DNA from: a virus
Virus record (IMG/VR): IMGVR_UViG_3300031669_000016
Location: 11,175 to 75,174 of that record
Strand: one strand, 5' to 3'
Length of the DNA stretch: 64,000 nucleotides
The notes below the pieces were generated by a model. It did not search any database. It saw nothing but the letters and a program-made list of their open reading frames with translations, and was not told the DNA's origin. This document shows, piece after piece, positions 1-10,005 of this stretch; the first letter of the stretch is position 1, and every line of letters begins with the position of its first letter. The translations under genes and the position numbers were made by a program.

Positions 1-2
1 TA

Positions 3-203
3 CGACTGAGTGATGCGGCTGGTCAGATTGATACGACATCACGCGCCTCGCGGCTCGGGGAGGTCGTAAAGGCACTCGATACCCAACTCTTTATCTTGGC
101 CCAAGACGCTGGCTATACCTTGCCGGTGCTACCGGCGAGTACTGACGGTTCACTCTATCAGGGCCAGGCCTGGTCAGTCGAACGGTATGGAGATATTCCA
201 TAA
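3..203 (+). CDS. Partial (5'-truncated) ORF, probable head/neck-region protein
   Basis: Open frame from the window edge to TAA at 201-203, overlapping the next ATG; function inferred from position only. Confidence 0.45.
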   Translation, partial: RLSDAAGQIDTTSRASRLGEVVKALDTQLFILAQDAGYTLPVLPASTDGSLYQGQAWSVERYGDIP

Positions 204-631
204 TGCTGGGTACTACTACGCGACAACATATCTTAGCAGAACGCCAAGGCGAGATCGCGGGAGCCGAGTATGGCTACTTCGAGCTGGAGACCGTGATTGC
301 AACCGGTTCGTACTCGGATGCGGATCCGGCTGGTCGTGGCATCACAGCTGCTAAGGCATACCAAGCCATTCCGGGACGGGTGGTTTGGCGTGGGACAACT
401 CGCAGAATCTTCGCTGGTGGTGTCTACGAGTACCATCGCGCCGATGTCGCAATCATGGGTATAGCCCCTCTCTACGCATCGGTCCTAGAGTCGGGACGAC
501 ACCTTCGAGTGCCTAAGTCAAGTGCGGTTGGGGATGCACTCGAAACCTGCCGTATCCTCGAAACTGTCGTTGATCCCACCTCCGGCAGCGTTACCATCTA
601 CGCCATTCATGTCAAGTCGTCACAGCAATAA
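203..631 (+). CDS. Hypothetical virion protein (possible head closure)
   Basis: 142-aa ORF coupled to its neighbours, upstream of neck and tail genes. Confidence 0.5.
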   Translation: MLGTTTRQHILAERQGEIAGAEYGYFELETVIATGSYSDADPAGRGITAAKAYQAIPGRVVWRGTTRRIFAGGVYEYHRADVAIMGIAPLYASVLESGRHLRVPKSSAVGDALETCRILETVVDPTSGSVTIYAIHVKSSQQ

Positions 632-633
632 GG

Positions 634-1116
634 GTGAGTCAGATGCCAGAAGCGCGTGTGGAGCAACTTTGCGTCGCTGTAGATCAGCACTTGTCGGATT
701 TCATGCGCAACTACCAAGAGTCGGTTGAGAATCTGCTCAGTGCGGATCGTTTAGGTGCCATTCTTGTCAACGATCGCTTTATCAACGGACTACAGGCCGA
801 CATCGAAGCTTTCTTACGTAAGCATCCGCGTCTCTCCCGCAAGCTCTCGCCGACTGCTATGAGGGTAGTGGCCTCCGCGCTTACCGAGGGCGAACGCACC
901 GAGCTTTGGAACTATCTGGCCCCCCTGATCAAGCGGCGGCTGGATCGAGCGGACTGGCGGCGTAGTGCTGATGCCTCCCGCGCCGCGGTAAGAGAACTGA
1001 TCGAGAAGCATCTTCGAGCCGATCTGAGACGGCACGTCGCCATGCTGAATGATAGGTTGAAGACGCTGGGCCATCTACTCATACTACTGCAAGAAAGGGA
1101 TCGTGGTGGGAGTTGA
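634..1116 (+). CDS. Hypothetical protein
   Basis: 160-aa ORF tightly packed in the operon. Confidence 0.55.
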   Translation: MSQMPEARVEQLCVAVDQHLSDFMRNYQESVENLLSADRLGAILVNDRFINGLQADIEAFLRKHPRLSRKLSPTAMRVVASALTEGERTELWNYLAPLIKRRLDRADWRRSADASRAAVRELIEKHLRADLRRHVAMLNDRLKTLGHLLILLQERDRGGS

Positions 1117-1834
1117 GATTAGACTAACACCGTATGGGTCGAGCCGCACCCGGCGGTTCGTCCAAGCCGTTGACTACGCCTGTCGCGCCACCGCGATGGA
1201 GGCGCTGCGGCGTTATCGACTGCGCGTCCTGGCACGGATGCCTGGGCAGACAACGGCTGGGGCTATCCAGCGCGCGCCGCGTGACGTCTTCGTCGGCCAC
1301 CCAACCGAGGCGGAGCGTCCACACGTCTATGATGTTGTCGCACGGCCCGACATGGGCCAGGCCGTGATACTGCAGAACACGCAATCCTGGGCCTATTTCG
1401 GCAACCGTCACATCCTTGATGCCGACACCGCACCGATGTACTGGCGCGGTGAGTGGACGGGTGGTGAGCGCGGACAAGGCGAATTGGTCCGTCAGGACGA
1501 GCCACCTATTTGGGCCATCATCGAGTACGGCGCGGGCGAACACCCTATCTCTCCTCGTGGTGGTCGGACCCTGCTCCGTTTCCGTGATCAGCGTAGTGGT
1601 GAGATCGTGTACCGTCCCCGAGTTGAGCGACATCCCGGCGCATTCCGCAAAGAAGGTGTACGTTTGGGCCACTTCGGCTCATTGGTGAGTTTCCGTCAGC
1701 TCCAAGGTGTGGCCCAAGAACTCAATGCCGAGCCGTTCGGACGCGCCCCATTCCGTGTGGCGCATTGGCAGACCGTTGCCGAGGTGCAGACAATGTTTCG
1801 AGGCGCTTTGATCGCTTATACGAGGGGGATCTGA
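1103..1834 (+). CDS. HK97 gp10-like neck/tail-completion protein
   Basis: Motif IIEYGAGEHPISP...LRF...VERHPG resembles the EyGT...HPG signature of this family; position fits. Confidence 0.55.
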   Translation: MVGVEIRLTPYGSSRTRRFVQAVDYACRATAMEALRRYRLRVLARMPGQTTAGAIQRAPRDVFVGHPTEAERPHVYDVVARPDMGQAVILQNTQSWAYFGNRHILDADTAPMYWRGEWTGGERGQGELVRQDEPPIWAIIEYGAGEHPISPRGGRTLLRFRDQRSGEIVYRPRVERHPGAFRKEGVRLGHFGSLVSFRQLQGVAQELNAEPFGRAPFRVAHWQTVAEVQTMFRGALIAYTRGI

Positions 1835-2412
1835 TGACACAACCAGCATACCGCGAAGCCTCGATTACAGAGCATGTGCGACAAAGCCTGGGCTTCCACA
1901 TCCGCACCGGGACCGTGGAGACCTATGACCTAGCGACTGGTGTATATGCCGAGCGGAAACTTACTGACATCGTACCCGGCATCATCATTCGACCTGCCTC
2001 ACGCACCTACCGCGGCATGCCGACGATTGATCTGCGGGACAACGAAGATCTCAAGCCCTATGTCACCTGGACGAAACGCGCCGACGGGCCGATTCAAGAC
2101 GCGCTCTATGGCGGCGGACACAAAGACGTCTCGTACTGGGAGATTGATGTGCGGCTCGGTGAGCAGACCGTGTTTCAACGTGACGCCGTCGAGGACTGGC
2201 TGACCGCGTTTTTGGGTGCCAAGGAAACCAAGGACGTCTACTTCTACCATTACGATTCCGAGGCGGCACCCTCGGTGAGCCGAGGCGATGTGATCGCGAC
2301 CATGCTGATTCAAGACGTGGTTAGCCAAGACCATCTTGACGTCGCCATGGCACGTGGCGAGGATAGCTGGTTGGTTCTCAACTTCACGGTCAAAGTACCA
2401 AAACTGGGGTGA
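1834..2412 (+). CDS. Putative tail terminator-like protein
   Basis: ATG at 1834 overlaps the previous stop and follows a GAGGGGG RBS; size and synteny fit. Confidence 0.4.
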   Translation: MTQPAYREASITEHVRQSLGFHIRTGTVETYDLATGVYAERKLTDIVPGIIIRPASRTYRGMPTIDLRDNEDLKPYVTWTKRADGPIQDALYGGGHKDVSYWEIDVRLGEQTVFQRDAVEDWLTAFLGAKETKDVYFYHYDSEAAPSVSRGDVIATMLIQDVVSQDHLDVAMARGEDSWLVLNFTVKVPKLG

Positions 2413-3923
2413 TTCGGTTGGGCAAACCTATTAGGATAGGATGGTTCTCGGATTGGGCCTACGCACCCACCGGATTCGGGACTGTCGCACGTAATGTACT
2501 CACACGGCTCAACGCCATGCCCGAGTTCGAGGTCCGGCAACTTGCCATAGGCTATGATCCGTGGCAGGCCTTAGGAGCAGTCAAAGATCCGGTTCAGTAT
2601 CGAGAAGCCGTTGATCGTTTCCGAGACACGCGCGTCGACGGGTGGTCTCGTGATCTGCCAAGTCCGGTCGGCTTTCCATGCGATTCACCCCTTGATGCCA
2701 ACGACTACGGACAGTCATCTCTGCAGCTCTGGATCGACCGCTTCGCCATAGACGTGCTGGTCTGCAACTTCGATCCGTGGATGACGGCGTGGATGCCGTG
2801 TCAGGGTACGCAGCAAAACCTTCGTTGTCCAGTCATCTACTACCAGCCCATTGACGGCGAGGTCTGGGGCCATCATCTCCCGATCCATCTCTTCAAGTTG
2901 CCGAAGCGGAGACTCGCCCGTATCGCCTGGCGTGACTTCATGCTGGCCCAAGAATACACCGTTCTCTACGGTGACTGGGCACGGCAACTATTCCTCGACG
3001 AACTCGATGAAGGTGAGCGCGCCAAACTCGACGGCCGATTAGATGTCATCCCCCACGGCGTAGACCTCAAGACATTCGTGCCAGGATCGAAGATAGCGGC
3101 AAGGCAGACTCTTGGACTTCCAGAGAACGCCTACATCATCGGAATGGTGGCGACAAATCAAGCGCGCAAGAACTGGCCCGATTTCCTGAAAGCGGTCGGC
3201 GCGTTCCTACACAGCCACCCCAATGCTTATCTTGTTCCCTGGACCGAATGGTTACCCTCTATGCCGGGTGGATGGGATCTGACACGTCTGATTCCACTGA
3301 CCTGTCCGACAAAGCGGGTGGTACGGATCGATCTCGCAATGGTAGATGAGACACCACCCGTCGAACTCCTCGCCACGCTGTATCAAGCCTTAGATGTCCA
3401 CGTCTTATGGTCAATGGGTGAAGGCTGCGGACTTCCACACCTAGAGGCCCAGGCCTGTGGACGACCCAGCCTAGCAGTTGACTACGCCGGTGTCACCGAC
3501 TACTTCTCTGATGACTACATGCGTGTGCCCTATACCGAAACGGTTACCGCATCAGGTAACTGCATCGAACGGGCGCGCGGCGATACCGGCATCTTACTGC
3601 AAAAACTGGCCCAGCTCTGTCACGACCATGACTTGCGGGATCGTTTAGGGACCAATGCTGCGCACTATGCGCGTGCGCATTGGAACTGGGATCATATCGT
3701 GTTGCAATGGCGCGAACTGATCATGCGTGCGTACAAGGAGGGTCGTCGGTCATGCGATTCAGATGCATCGTCTGCGGCCGAATCGAATCCGGACAGTCCG
3801 ATGGCTACACCTGCCTTGACTGTGAGCGTGGAGAGCGGAGACGTCTCCACTGCCGACGAGGAGGTGGGAAGAGGTGGAGAAGCCATGGCGCGGATCGGCC
3901 CCGTCTCGTCGCGCGCCAATTGA
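2409..3923 (+). CDS. Glycosyltransferase, GT4 (GT-B fold)
   Basis: PTGFGTV N-terminus, IPHGVD, NQARKN and EGCGLPHLEAQACG (EX7E) motifs. Confidence 0.9.
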   Translation: MIRLGKPIRIGWFSDWAYAPTGFGTVARNVLTRLNAMPEFEVRQLAIGYDPWQALGAVKDPVQYREAVDRFRDTRVDGWSRDLPSPVGFPCDSPLDANDYGQSSLQLWIDRFAIDVLVCNFDPWMTAWMPCQGTQQNLRCPVIYYQPIDGEVWGHHLPIHLFKLPKRRLARIAWRDFMLAQEYTVLYGDWARQLFLDELDEGERAKLDGRLDVIPHGVDLKTFVPGSKIAARQTLGLPENAYIIGMVATNQARKNWPDFLKAVGAFLHSHPNAYLVPWTEWLPSMPGGWDLTRLIPLTCPTKRVVRIDLAMVDETPPVELLATLYQALDVHVLWSMGEGCGLPHLEAQACGRPSLAVDYAGVTDYFSDDYMRVPYTETVTASGNCIERARGDTGILLQKLAQLCHDHDLRDRLGTNAAHYARAHWNWDHIVLQWRELIMRAYKEGRRSCDSDASSAAESNPDSPMATPALTVSVESGDVSTADEEVGRGGEAMARIGPVSSRAN

Positions 3924-4611
3924 AGGAAGGGTCGTTGTTTTCCCCATCAAGAACGAGCGATACAGCGATGTCATCGCTTATCTCCAATCCTGGGACGGAC
4001 GGGCGCGAGAGCTAGTCGTCGTCGCCGACTGCAAGCCTCTCGTCAAGCAGGCCTTGGAGGGGTGCCGGTTTCCCGGTGGGCTTCGTATCTGGTACGTCGA
4101 ACAGGACCACTTCCGCTACCGCGGCCTCTCCGGTGCTTATGAGCAAGGCGTTGTATTCGCGTTGACCCTGCCCATGGCAGAATGGGTCATAACCGTGGAT
4201 TGTGGGACCTGGCAGCCATCCCAGATCACTGCCGCACTTGATGCAACCGTATCGGAGCGTGCTTGGTTTGGTGTGCGTCCACTAACCGGTGGACGTTCCC
4301 GCCTCAAACTCTTTCTCACCCAATTCGGTGGCGCGCTGATCCGCCGTCGCACCGGTGTTGGCATAATCGATCCGACCTGCGGCTATCGGGCCTATGCGGC
4401 CGAGACACTACGCGAAATCGACTTCGCCGCCAACGGCGTCCCTAATCGGCTTTACCACGCCAAGCTCGCAGTACAAGTCCAGTGTGTTGTTGCCCTGGCC
4501 TACATCGGCGAGTTTCTCTGTACCCACCGCCCGACTCCATCGAAGATGCGGCTGCGCGACGCAGTTACCGCGCTCTGGTACGTACTCCGAGGAGGGTTGG
4601 GTCATGTTTGA
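3874..4611 (+). CDS. GT2 / polyprenol-phosphate-mannose synthase-like glycosyltransferase (divergent)
   Basis: VVVFPIKNE start, ITVDC and DPTCGYRAY motifs. Confidence 0.7.
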   Translation: MEKPWRGSAPSRRAPIEGRVVVFPIKNERYSDVIAYLQSWDGRARELVVVADCKPLVKQALEGCRFPGGLRIWYVEQDHFRYRGLSGAYEQGVVFALTLPMAEWVITVDCGTWQPSQITAALDATVSERAWFGVRPLTGGRSRLKLFLTQFGGALIRRRTGVGIIDPTCGYRAYAAETLREIDFAANGVPNRLYHAKLAVQVQCVVALAYIGEFLCTHRPTPSKMRLRDAVTALWYVLRGGLGHV

Positions 4612-5386
4612 TGGACTCGTCAGCGTTATTGTCACGAGTTGGAACCGTGAAGAGGTGGTTGACTGCCTTGTCTCGATCTCTCGCCACACCGACGAGACTA
4701 CCTACGAAGTGATTGTGACCGACAACGGGTCGGATGAGGGCTTGCAGCGAGAACTCCAAAAATGCCAGCACTGTGGTCTTATCAATAGGTTGCTGTTGCG
4801 ATCGCCGGGAGACTGCCAGTCCTGGGCGGCATCAATGAACGAGGCTGTTCTGGCCAGTCAAGGCATGTGGCTGGTCGTTCCGAGCCTTGCCAACGACTTC
4901 ATCGTCACCCCTAACTGGCTCGGCGCGATGGGGCAAGTTGCGCGGCGTGACGATGCTAGACGTGTCCACTGGGCATTCGCTGTGACTCAAGATGGACAGC
5001 AGATGCAGGCCGAGGGCTTCGGTGGCTATGTCTTAGAACCGGCGCGCTACGCCCACGATCCAAACGACGATCCCGACTACACCGGACACGCCTTGCTGCA
5101 CCGCGGTCTGTGGGATGCGGTCGGTCCCTATGATACCCAGTTCGAGCCGATCTATATGGAGGATGTGGACTGGGGTATTCGACTCCACATGTACTTGTCC
5201 AGTGAGATCGATCCTGTAGCGGCCTTGCAGTACCGGCCCGCCATTCAACTCGTGCCCGACGCTGTTTTGATCCACACCAAGATCCATACCGTTCGAGGTC
5301 ATGGTGCCGCGATGTGGGGTCGGAACCGCGACCGACTCTTAGCGAAGTATCCAGCAATCAAACAAGCACTGGAGGCGCAGCGATGA
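4604..5386 (+). CDS. Glycosyltransferase, GT2
   Basis: VSVIVTSWN, VIVTDNGS and YMEDVDWGIR motifs; ATG 4604 follows GGAGGG. Confidence 0.88.
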   Translation: MFDGLVSVIVTSWNREEVVDCLVSISRHTDETTYEVIVTDNGSDEGLQRELQKCQHCGLINRLLLRSPGDCQSWAASMNEAVLASQGMWLVVPSLANDFIVTPNWLGAMGQVARRDDARRVHWAFAVTQDGQQMQAEGFGGYVLEPARYAHDPNDDPDYTGHALLHRGLWDAVGPYDTQFEPIYMEDVDWGIRLHMYLSSEIDPVAALQYRPAIQLVPDAVLIHTKIHTVRGHGAAMWGRNRDRLLAKYPAIKQALEAQR

Positions 5387-5766
5387 CAGATGTGAAGCTT
5401 CGAGTCTGGGTTTCTGGCTTCGAGGAGACCTCTCTCATAGAGGCGGCGTTGAGTGATGTCGGTTTCATCCCAGTAGTCAATCGACCGCAGCGTGTAGTCG
5501 GTGGACACGGCCACGCCGGCGTCGAGCTCTGGAAAGAGGGGATCCGCCGCGCCGATATCGTTCTGATCAATGCGGAATGCCGCGGCATCGAGACCGGTAT
5601 GGAGTTGATGTATGCCGTTGTCCTCAACAAGATGTGTATCGTCGTCGGCGACACTGCCGCTGCAATGCCATGGCTGACCGTGCACTGCACCGCAACCTTC
5701 CCGACATGGCCGAGTGCCGTCGCCTTTTTGGGTGAGTACCAAAAGATCGGAGTTGAGCCATGCTAG
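5383..5766 (+). CDS. Nucleoside 2-deoxyribosyltransferase-like protein
   Basis: IRRADIVL...TGMELMYA...NK..IVV pattern; ATG 5383 follows GGAGG. Confidence 0.55.
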   Translation: MTDVKLRVWVSGFEETSLIEAALSDVGFIPVVNRPQRVVGGHGHAGVELWKEGIRRADIVLINAECRGIETGMELMYAVVLNKMCIVVGDTAAAMPWLTVHCTATFPTWPSAVAFLGEYQKIGVEPC

Positions 5767-6437
5767 TCGGTATGACCATACCGGTTCTCGTCAACTTCTC
5801 AGGCCTCATCGAACTGCTCAATACCGTCCGCACCGCACACAGCATCCGTTACCATATCGTTGATAATTCCACAGCCAATCACTCCGTGGCGGAGTCGTGG
5901 AATCTGGGTTGCCGCACCCTCTTCGATGCGGGTTGCGATGTTGTCATCGTCGCCAACGACGACATCGTGTTGTGTCCACACAGCATCGACAACCTCGTTG
6001 ACTGCTGGCGCGAAACCGATGCGTGGATAGTGACAGCCGCCAACCTCCGCGGTGGACCCAGCTCAGAGCAGGTCAAGATAATGGTGCCCAAACCTCCCTA
6101 TCGGGTCCATGCCCACCCTGACTTCAGCTTCTTTCTGTTGCCGCGCCACACATGGGACAGAGTCGGCGAGTTCGATGAGAACTTTCTACGCGCCTACTTC
6201 GAGGACAACGACTACCACGCCCGCGTCGTCCTCGCCGGTGGCACAGCTGTTTCAACCAGTGCCGCACCGATGTACCACTATGGTGGAGGCACCCAGAACC
6301 ACGGTGTCACGCCTGTCGTGTCTGGAAACGAGTTCTCTGCAAACGCGGCCTATTTCCAGCGCAAATGGGGCCATGCCGTCGTCACCGAGGAGAGTTTGAT
6401 GCGGCAGCATTACTATCCCACCCCGTTCAAACCATAG
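5760..6437 (+). CDS. Glycosyltransferase, GT2
   Basis: IVDNS, SWNLG, NDD and GEFDENFLRAYFEDNDY motifs. Confidence 0.88.
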   Translation: MLVGMTIPVLVNFSGLIELLNTVRTAHSIRYHIVDNSTANHSVAESWNLGCRTLFDAGCDVVIVANDDIVLCPHSIDNLVDCWRETDAWIVTAANLRGGPSSEQVKIMVPKPPYRVHAHPDFSFFLLPRHTWDRVGEFDENFLRAYFEDNDYHARVVLAGGTAVSTSAAPMYHYGGGTQNHGVTPVVSGNEFSANAAYFQRKWGHAVVTEESLMRQHYYPTPFKP

Positions 6438-6521
6438 TCTGGTACAACCCCAACTCACCATTCAGGGGCAACGACTGCGTTAGGTCGCCATATCTCTATA
6501 GAGAGGAGGTGGACTTGAAGG

Positions 6522-7322
6522 ATGCCTATTGAGAGCAGAATGACTGCTATGGTGATGAAGCGGAAGCGTCTGATCGTTGACGGTATGCCCGTCGGCGCGC
6601 TTTCCGGCCTCGACTTCGACCCCAACGTCATCGAGGTGAGCCGTGACGTCTACGGCGACGTCGACGGCATTAGCATGGCGACGTATGGTTCGGGTCCGCA
6701 AAGCGTGGATATCATCGAAGATCCGAACAGCCCGCTCGTCAACGAAATGTTCGCCGGTATCCCTGATCGGGACCCGACGACCCCGGTGCTGGCGCGTGCA
6801 GGCAGTGGGGTGACCCCGCGCTTCGCCATAGTCGAAACGCTGAATGAGGACCACAACGGCTACGCGAACGGCAGCACCTATTTGGGCAGCTGGGCGGCCG
6901 TGTTCGGAACTGCCCGGAACGATCCGGCAGGGGAGGCGGTGCGCACCATTCGCGGCAACGCCGGTGTGCCTCTGGAGTGCCTTGAGGGTGGCCAGTTCCT
7001 TTCCCGCCGCGTCACACTGTCGAGTGGTGGTGGCGGCTGGACCGGTACGTGGACCAGTCCGGTCCCGCTCCTGATCCCGCAGAAGAGTGACCACTACGCG
7101 GTTTACTTGGAGATCCAGCACGGCGATGGCTACGACCGTGTGGCCCAGGAGATCGCTGTCGACGACACCAATGTCGACGTGGCCAAGACGATCACGATTC
7201 CGCATACCGACGTGATCGATGCCGGATTTGGCGGTGCGACGGGTACGGAGGTCTCGGCGTGGGTCATCTTCCTCCACAGCGAATCCGCTCTGCAGACCCA
7301 CGAGTACCGTTGGGGCGCGTAA
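6522..7322 (+). CDS. Putative major tail (tube) protein
   Basis: 266 aa, strong GGAGGT RBS, beta-rich composition, immediately upstream of the chaperone and TMP. Confidence 0.55.
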   Translation: MPIESRMTAMVMKRKRLIVDGMPVGALSGLDFDPNVIEVSRDVYGDVDGISMATYGSGPQSVDIIEDPNSPLVNEMFAGIPDRDPTTPVLARAGSGVTPRFAIVETLNEDHNGYANGSTYLGSWAAVFGTARNDPAGEAVRTIRGNAGVPLECLEGGQFLSRRVTLSSGGGGWTGTWTSPVPLLIPQKSDHYAVYLEIQHGDGYDRVAQEIAVDDTNVDVAKTITIPHTDVIDAGFGGATGTEVSAWVIFLHSESALQTHEYRWGA

Positions 7323-7340
7323 CATAGACCAAGACAATGT

Positions 7341-7375
7341 GGTGGGGGAGAGGGCAAACAACCCTCTCCCCCACC
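7341..7375 (+). terminator. 14-bp GC-rich hairpin after the major tail gene (attenuator or mRNA stabiliser)
   Basis: GGTGGGGGAGAGGG-caaacaa-CCCTCTCCCCCACC; no U-tract. Confidence 0.55.
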
Positions 7376-7390
7376 TACTAGGAGGGCGTC

Positions 7391-8590
7391 GTGCAAGACC
7401 ATGATCCCAAGGAAGTAATCCTCACCACGATGGAAGCGTTCGACCCGGCCCGCCAAGATCCCATTGAGCAGATCTCGTTGGGGCGGGACAGTATCGAGAT
7501 GCGTATCGTCCGCATCTCCGAGATAGTACGCCAAGCCGTCGAGGCTACACAGCAGCGCTTCGCGCGCGACTTACGAGACCGCTTCATGGGCGAGGTCGAA
7601 CGCGGCGAACGCTTACTACCCCTAATCGAGCGCATCGAAGTCATCAAGGACGAGTTAGGCCTATGGGGCGTTGAAGAGTTGGGCGCGGCGTGGCTATCTG
7701 TCTGGACAGCGCGCCAGCCCGAGGATGAGGAGCGCAAGCTACCGGAACCGGATCGCTCCGCTTGGGATGAAGCGCAGTACCGCACCGACCTGCTCCGACT
7801 CTTCGTCATCGAGACACTCGCCCAGATCGAGATGGTGCGCATACCCGCCGTGCTTCCAAAAGCGCTGCTCGATATCGGTCAGCTCAAGTCGTCAGACGAG
7901 CTGGACGAGGATGAACAGACCAAGCGGCTGCTCGAAGTCATAGATCGGGAAACGACGGAGCGGATCCGCCATCTCCGCCAACTGCCCGGCGAACGGGTCT
8001 GGAAGCGACTGTATCACGCCGCCGCGGTCGAACCCGCCTTTGAACAGGCTCAGCAATACACGCGCGTTTTGATGTTGTATGCCTGCGCACGCAAGCTGGA
8101 TGATCGTAACGCTCCCTTCTTTGATCTGTCAGCCGTTGGCATCACGTCGATAGCCCAGGCGCTGCGTAGCCCGCAACAGGCATACGACGCCATGCTTGCC
8201 GAGTTCAAGGGCGATGAGCGGGTACTCAACGAAGTGGCCCAACGGGTCGTGATTGTGGGCGGTGCACTCTCACCCGAAATGGCGGCGCGTCTCGAAGAGG
8301 CGGCCAAAGAGCCCTTTCGTTCAGGCCCTTTGCGACATAGCACGGAAACAGGGGCAGGTGCCAGGGTGGGAGGGGACATCGTTGCTGCAAATCCCAGCGA
8401 ACACGATGTACCTGGCGCGTCGAGCGTGGTTCTGGGTGGACGCGAAGGAGGCGCTTCGGCAGACCACAAGCCTGGGGCATCCGCGCCCGCCCAAGTGGAT
8501 CATATCAGATTATCTGACGCAGTTTTTGGATCTGGTGCAACGGTTGCCTCATCCAGAGGAGGTGGGGGAGTACAAGACGTCGGCGCGTGA
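7391..8590 (+). CDS. Tail assembly chaperone (gpG-like)
   Basis: Lies between the tail tube gene and TMP; sequence becomes low-complexity after EPF at about 8317. Confidence 0.55.
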   Translation: MQDHDPKEVILTTMEAFDPARQDPIEQISLGRDSIEMRIVRISEIVRQAVEATQQRFARDLRDRFMGEVERGERLLPLIERIEVIKDELGLWGVEELGAAWLSVWTARQPEDEERKLPEPDRSAWDEAQYRTDLLRLFVIETLAQIEMVRIPAVLPKALLDIGQLKSSDELDEDEQTKRLLEVIDRETTERIRHLRQLPGERVWKRLYHAAAVEPAFEQAQQYTRVLMLYACARKLDDRNAPFFDLSAVGITSIAQALRSPQQAYDAMLAEFKGDERVLNEVAQRVVIVGGALSPEMAARLEEAAKEPFRSGPLRHSTETGAGARVGGDIVAANPSEHDVPGASSVVLGGREGGASADHKPGASAPAQVDHIRLSDAVFGSGATVASSRGGGGVQDVGA

Positions 8591-8750
8591 AATAGACTGG
8601 GTGTCTTTGTTTGGGGGCCATGTGATACCGCGCTACGATCTCTGGCAGGCTTTGGAGGAAATGGTCTACGGTCATTGCATCGCGGTTGAAGACAACCCAG
8701 CAATCGCTGATTATCTGAAGCGACACCGCGCCAGACTCCGAGACATTTGA
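8312..8750 (+). CDS. Frameshifted tail chaperone extension (gpGT-like, +1 frame)
   Basis: The overlapping +1-frame ORF reads as a globular protein from PF onward; CCC_TTT_CGT at 8312-8320. Confidence 0.55.
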
Positions 8751-9517
8751 TGACTAAAAGAGATCCGGCCAAAAAGAAAGAGTATGATCAGCAATACTGC
8801 CTCCAGAATCAGGAGGCCATCCGTGCGAGGCATAAGGCATACTATGAAGCAAATCGAGATGCCATCGTCGTGAGACAGAAGGCATACTACGAGACAAACC
8901 GGGAGAATCTTCTGATACAAAGTCGGCAGTATCGTGAAGAGCACCGCGCTGAGTTGGGGATACAAGAGGCCATCTACCGTGAGAAGAATCGAGAAGCACT
9001 CCGTATAACAGCAAAAGCTTATCGGAGGGCGAATCCAGAAAAGGTGAAGGCGAAGAATGCTGCTTATTATCAGAAGAATCGAGATGCCCTTCGCGCGAAG
9101 CGGAAGATATATCGGGAGGCGAATCGGGAGGAACGCTGTATCGCGGCGAAGCGGTGGCAAGAGAACAACCCCGACAAATACGCAGCGATTCACCAAAGAA
9201 GCGAGCACCGCCGACGCGCCCGGCTTGCCAATGTTTCGGGTGAGTACACCCAAGAGCAGTGGTATCAAATACTTACTCGGTATGGTATGGCCTGTGCCAA
9301 GTGTGGGCGGTCTCTTACGCGACGCTCTGCAACTGTAGATCACTTCGTTCCAATTGTTGCTGGTGGTCCGAACTGCGCCGAGAACTTGCAACCGTTATGT
9401 AAATCATGTAACAGTCGTAAGCATACTCGAATACCCACGTTTGAGGAACAGTTAGCATTCATCGCACGTCGCAAGGCACTAGGCCTTCCAGCCGCCTTGA
9501 TCGCGGAGGTGCTCTAA
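8747..9517 (+). CDS. HNH endonuclease with R/K-rich repeat N-terminus
   Basis: CAKC...DHFVP...GG...NLQPLCKSCNSRK. Confidence 0.9.
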   Translation: MMTKRDPAKKKEYDQQYCLQNQEAIRARHKAYYEANRDAIVVRQKAYYETNRENLLIQSRQYREEHRAELGIQEAIYREKNREALRITAKAYRRANPEKVKAKNAAYYQKNRDALRAKRKIYREANREERCIAAKRWQENNPDKYAAIHQRSEHRRRARLANVSGEYTQEQWYQILTRYGMACAKCGRSLTRRSATVDHFVPIVAGGPNCAENLQPLCKSCNSRKHTRIPTFEEQLAFIARRKALGLPAALIAEVL

Positions 9518-9518
9518 G

Positions 9519-10004
9519 ATGCCACTCAAAGATCCTGTCAAGCGAAAGGAATATCGACGGCAATGGCGCCTCCAGACCCGGGATGCCCGTCACGCGACAG
9601 AGAAAGTATGGCGGGAAGCGAACCGGGATGCCTGTCGCGCGAAAAAGAAAGTGTGGCAGGCAGCGAACCGGGATGCCCGTCGAAGGGGTGCACAGCGGAG
9701 GCGCGCTTGTATTACCAATGTTCCGGGTGAATACACCAAAGATGAATGGCAGGATGTGCTTGTCCGATACGGCATGACTTGTGCTATATGCGGACATCCC
9801 TTTACAGCGCGGTCCGCGACAGTAGACCACTTTGTTCCTCTGAGTGCGGGTGGTCCTGCCTTTATTAGTAATATTCAACCCCTGTGTAAATCATGCAACA
9901 GTCGCAAGGGTAGTCGGATACCTACGTTTGAGGAACAACTCGCATTCATCGCTCATCGAAAGACGCTAGGCCTTCCAGCCGCTTTGGTCGCGGAGGTGCT
10001 CTAA
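9519..10004 (+). CDS. HNH endonuclease, paralog of the upstream gene
   Basis: CAIC...DHFVP...NIQPLCKSCNSRK; near-identical C-terminus. Confidence 0.9.
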   Translation: MPLKDPVKRKEYRRQWRLQTRDARHATEKVWREANRDACRAKKKVWQAANRDARRRGAQRRRACITNVPGEYTKDEWQDVLVRYGMTCAICGHPFTARSATVDHFVPLSAGGPAFISNIQPLCKSCNSRKGSRIPTFEEQLAFIAHRKTLGLPAALVAEVL

Positions 10005-10005
10005 G

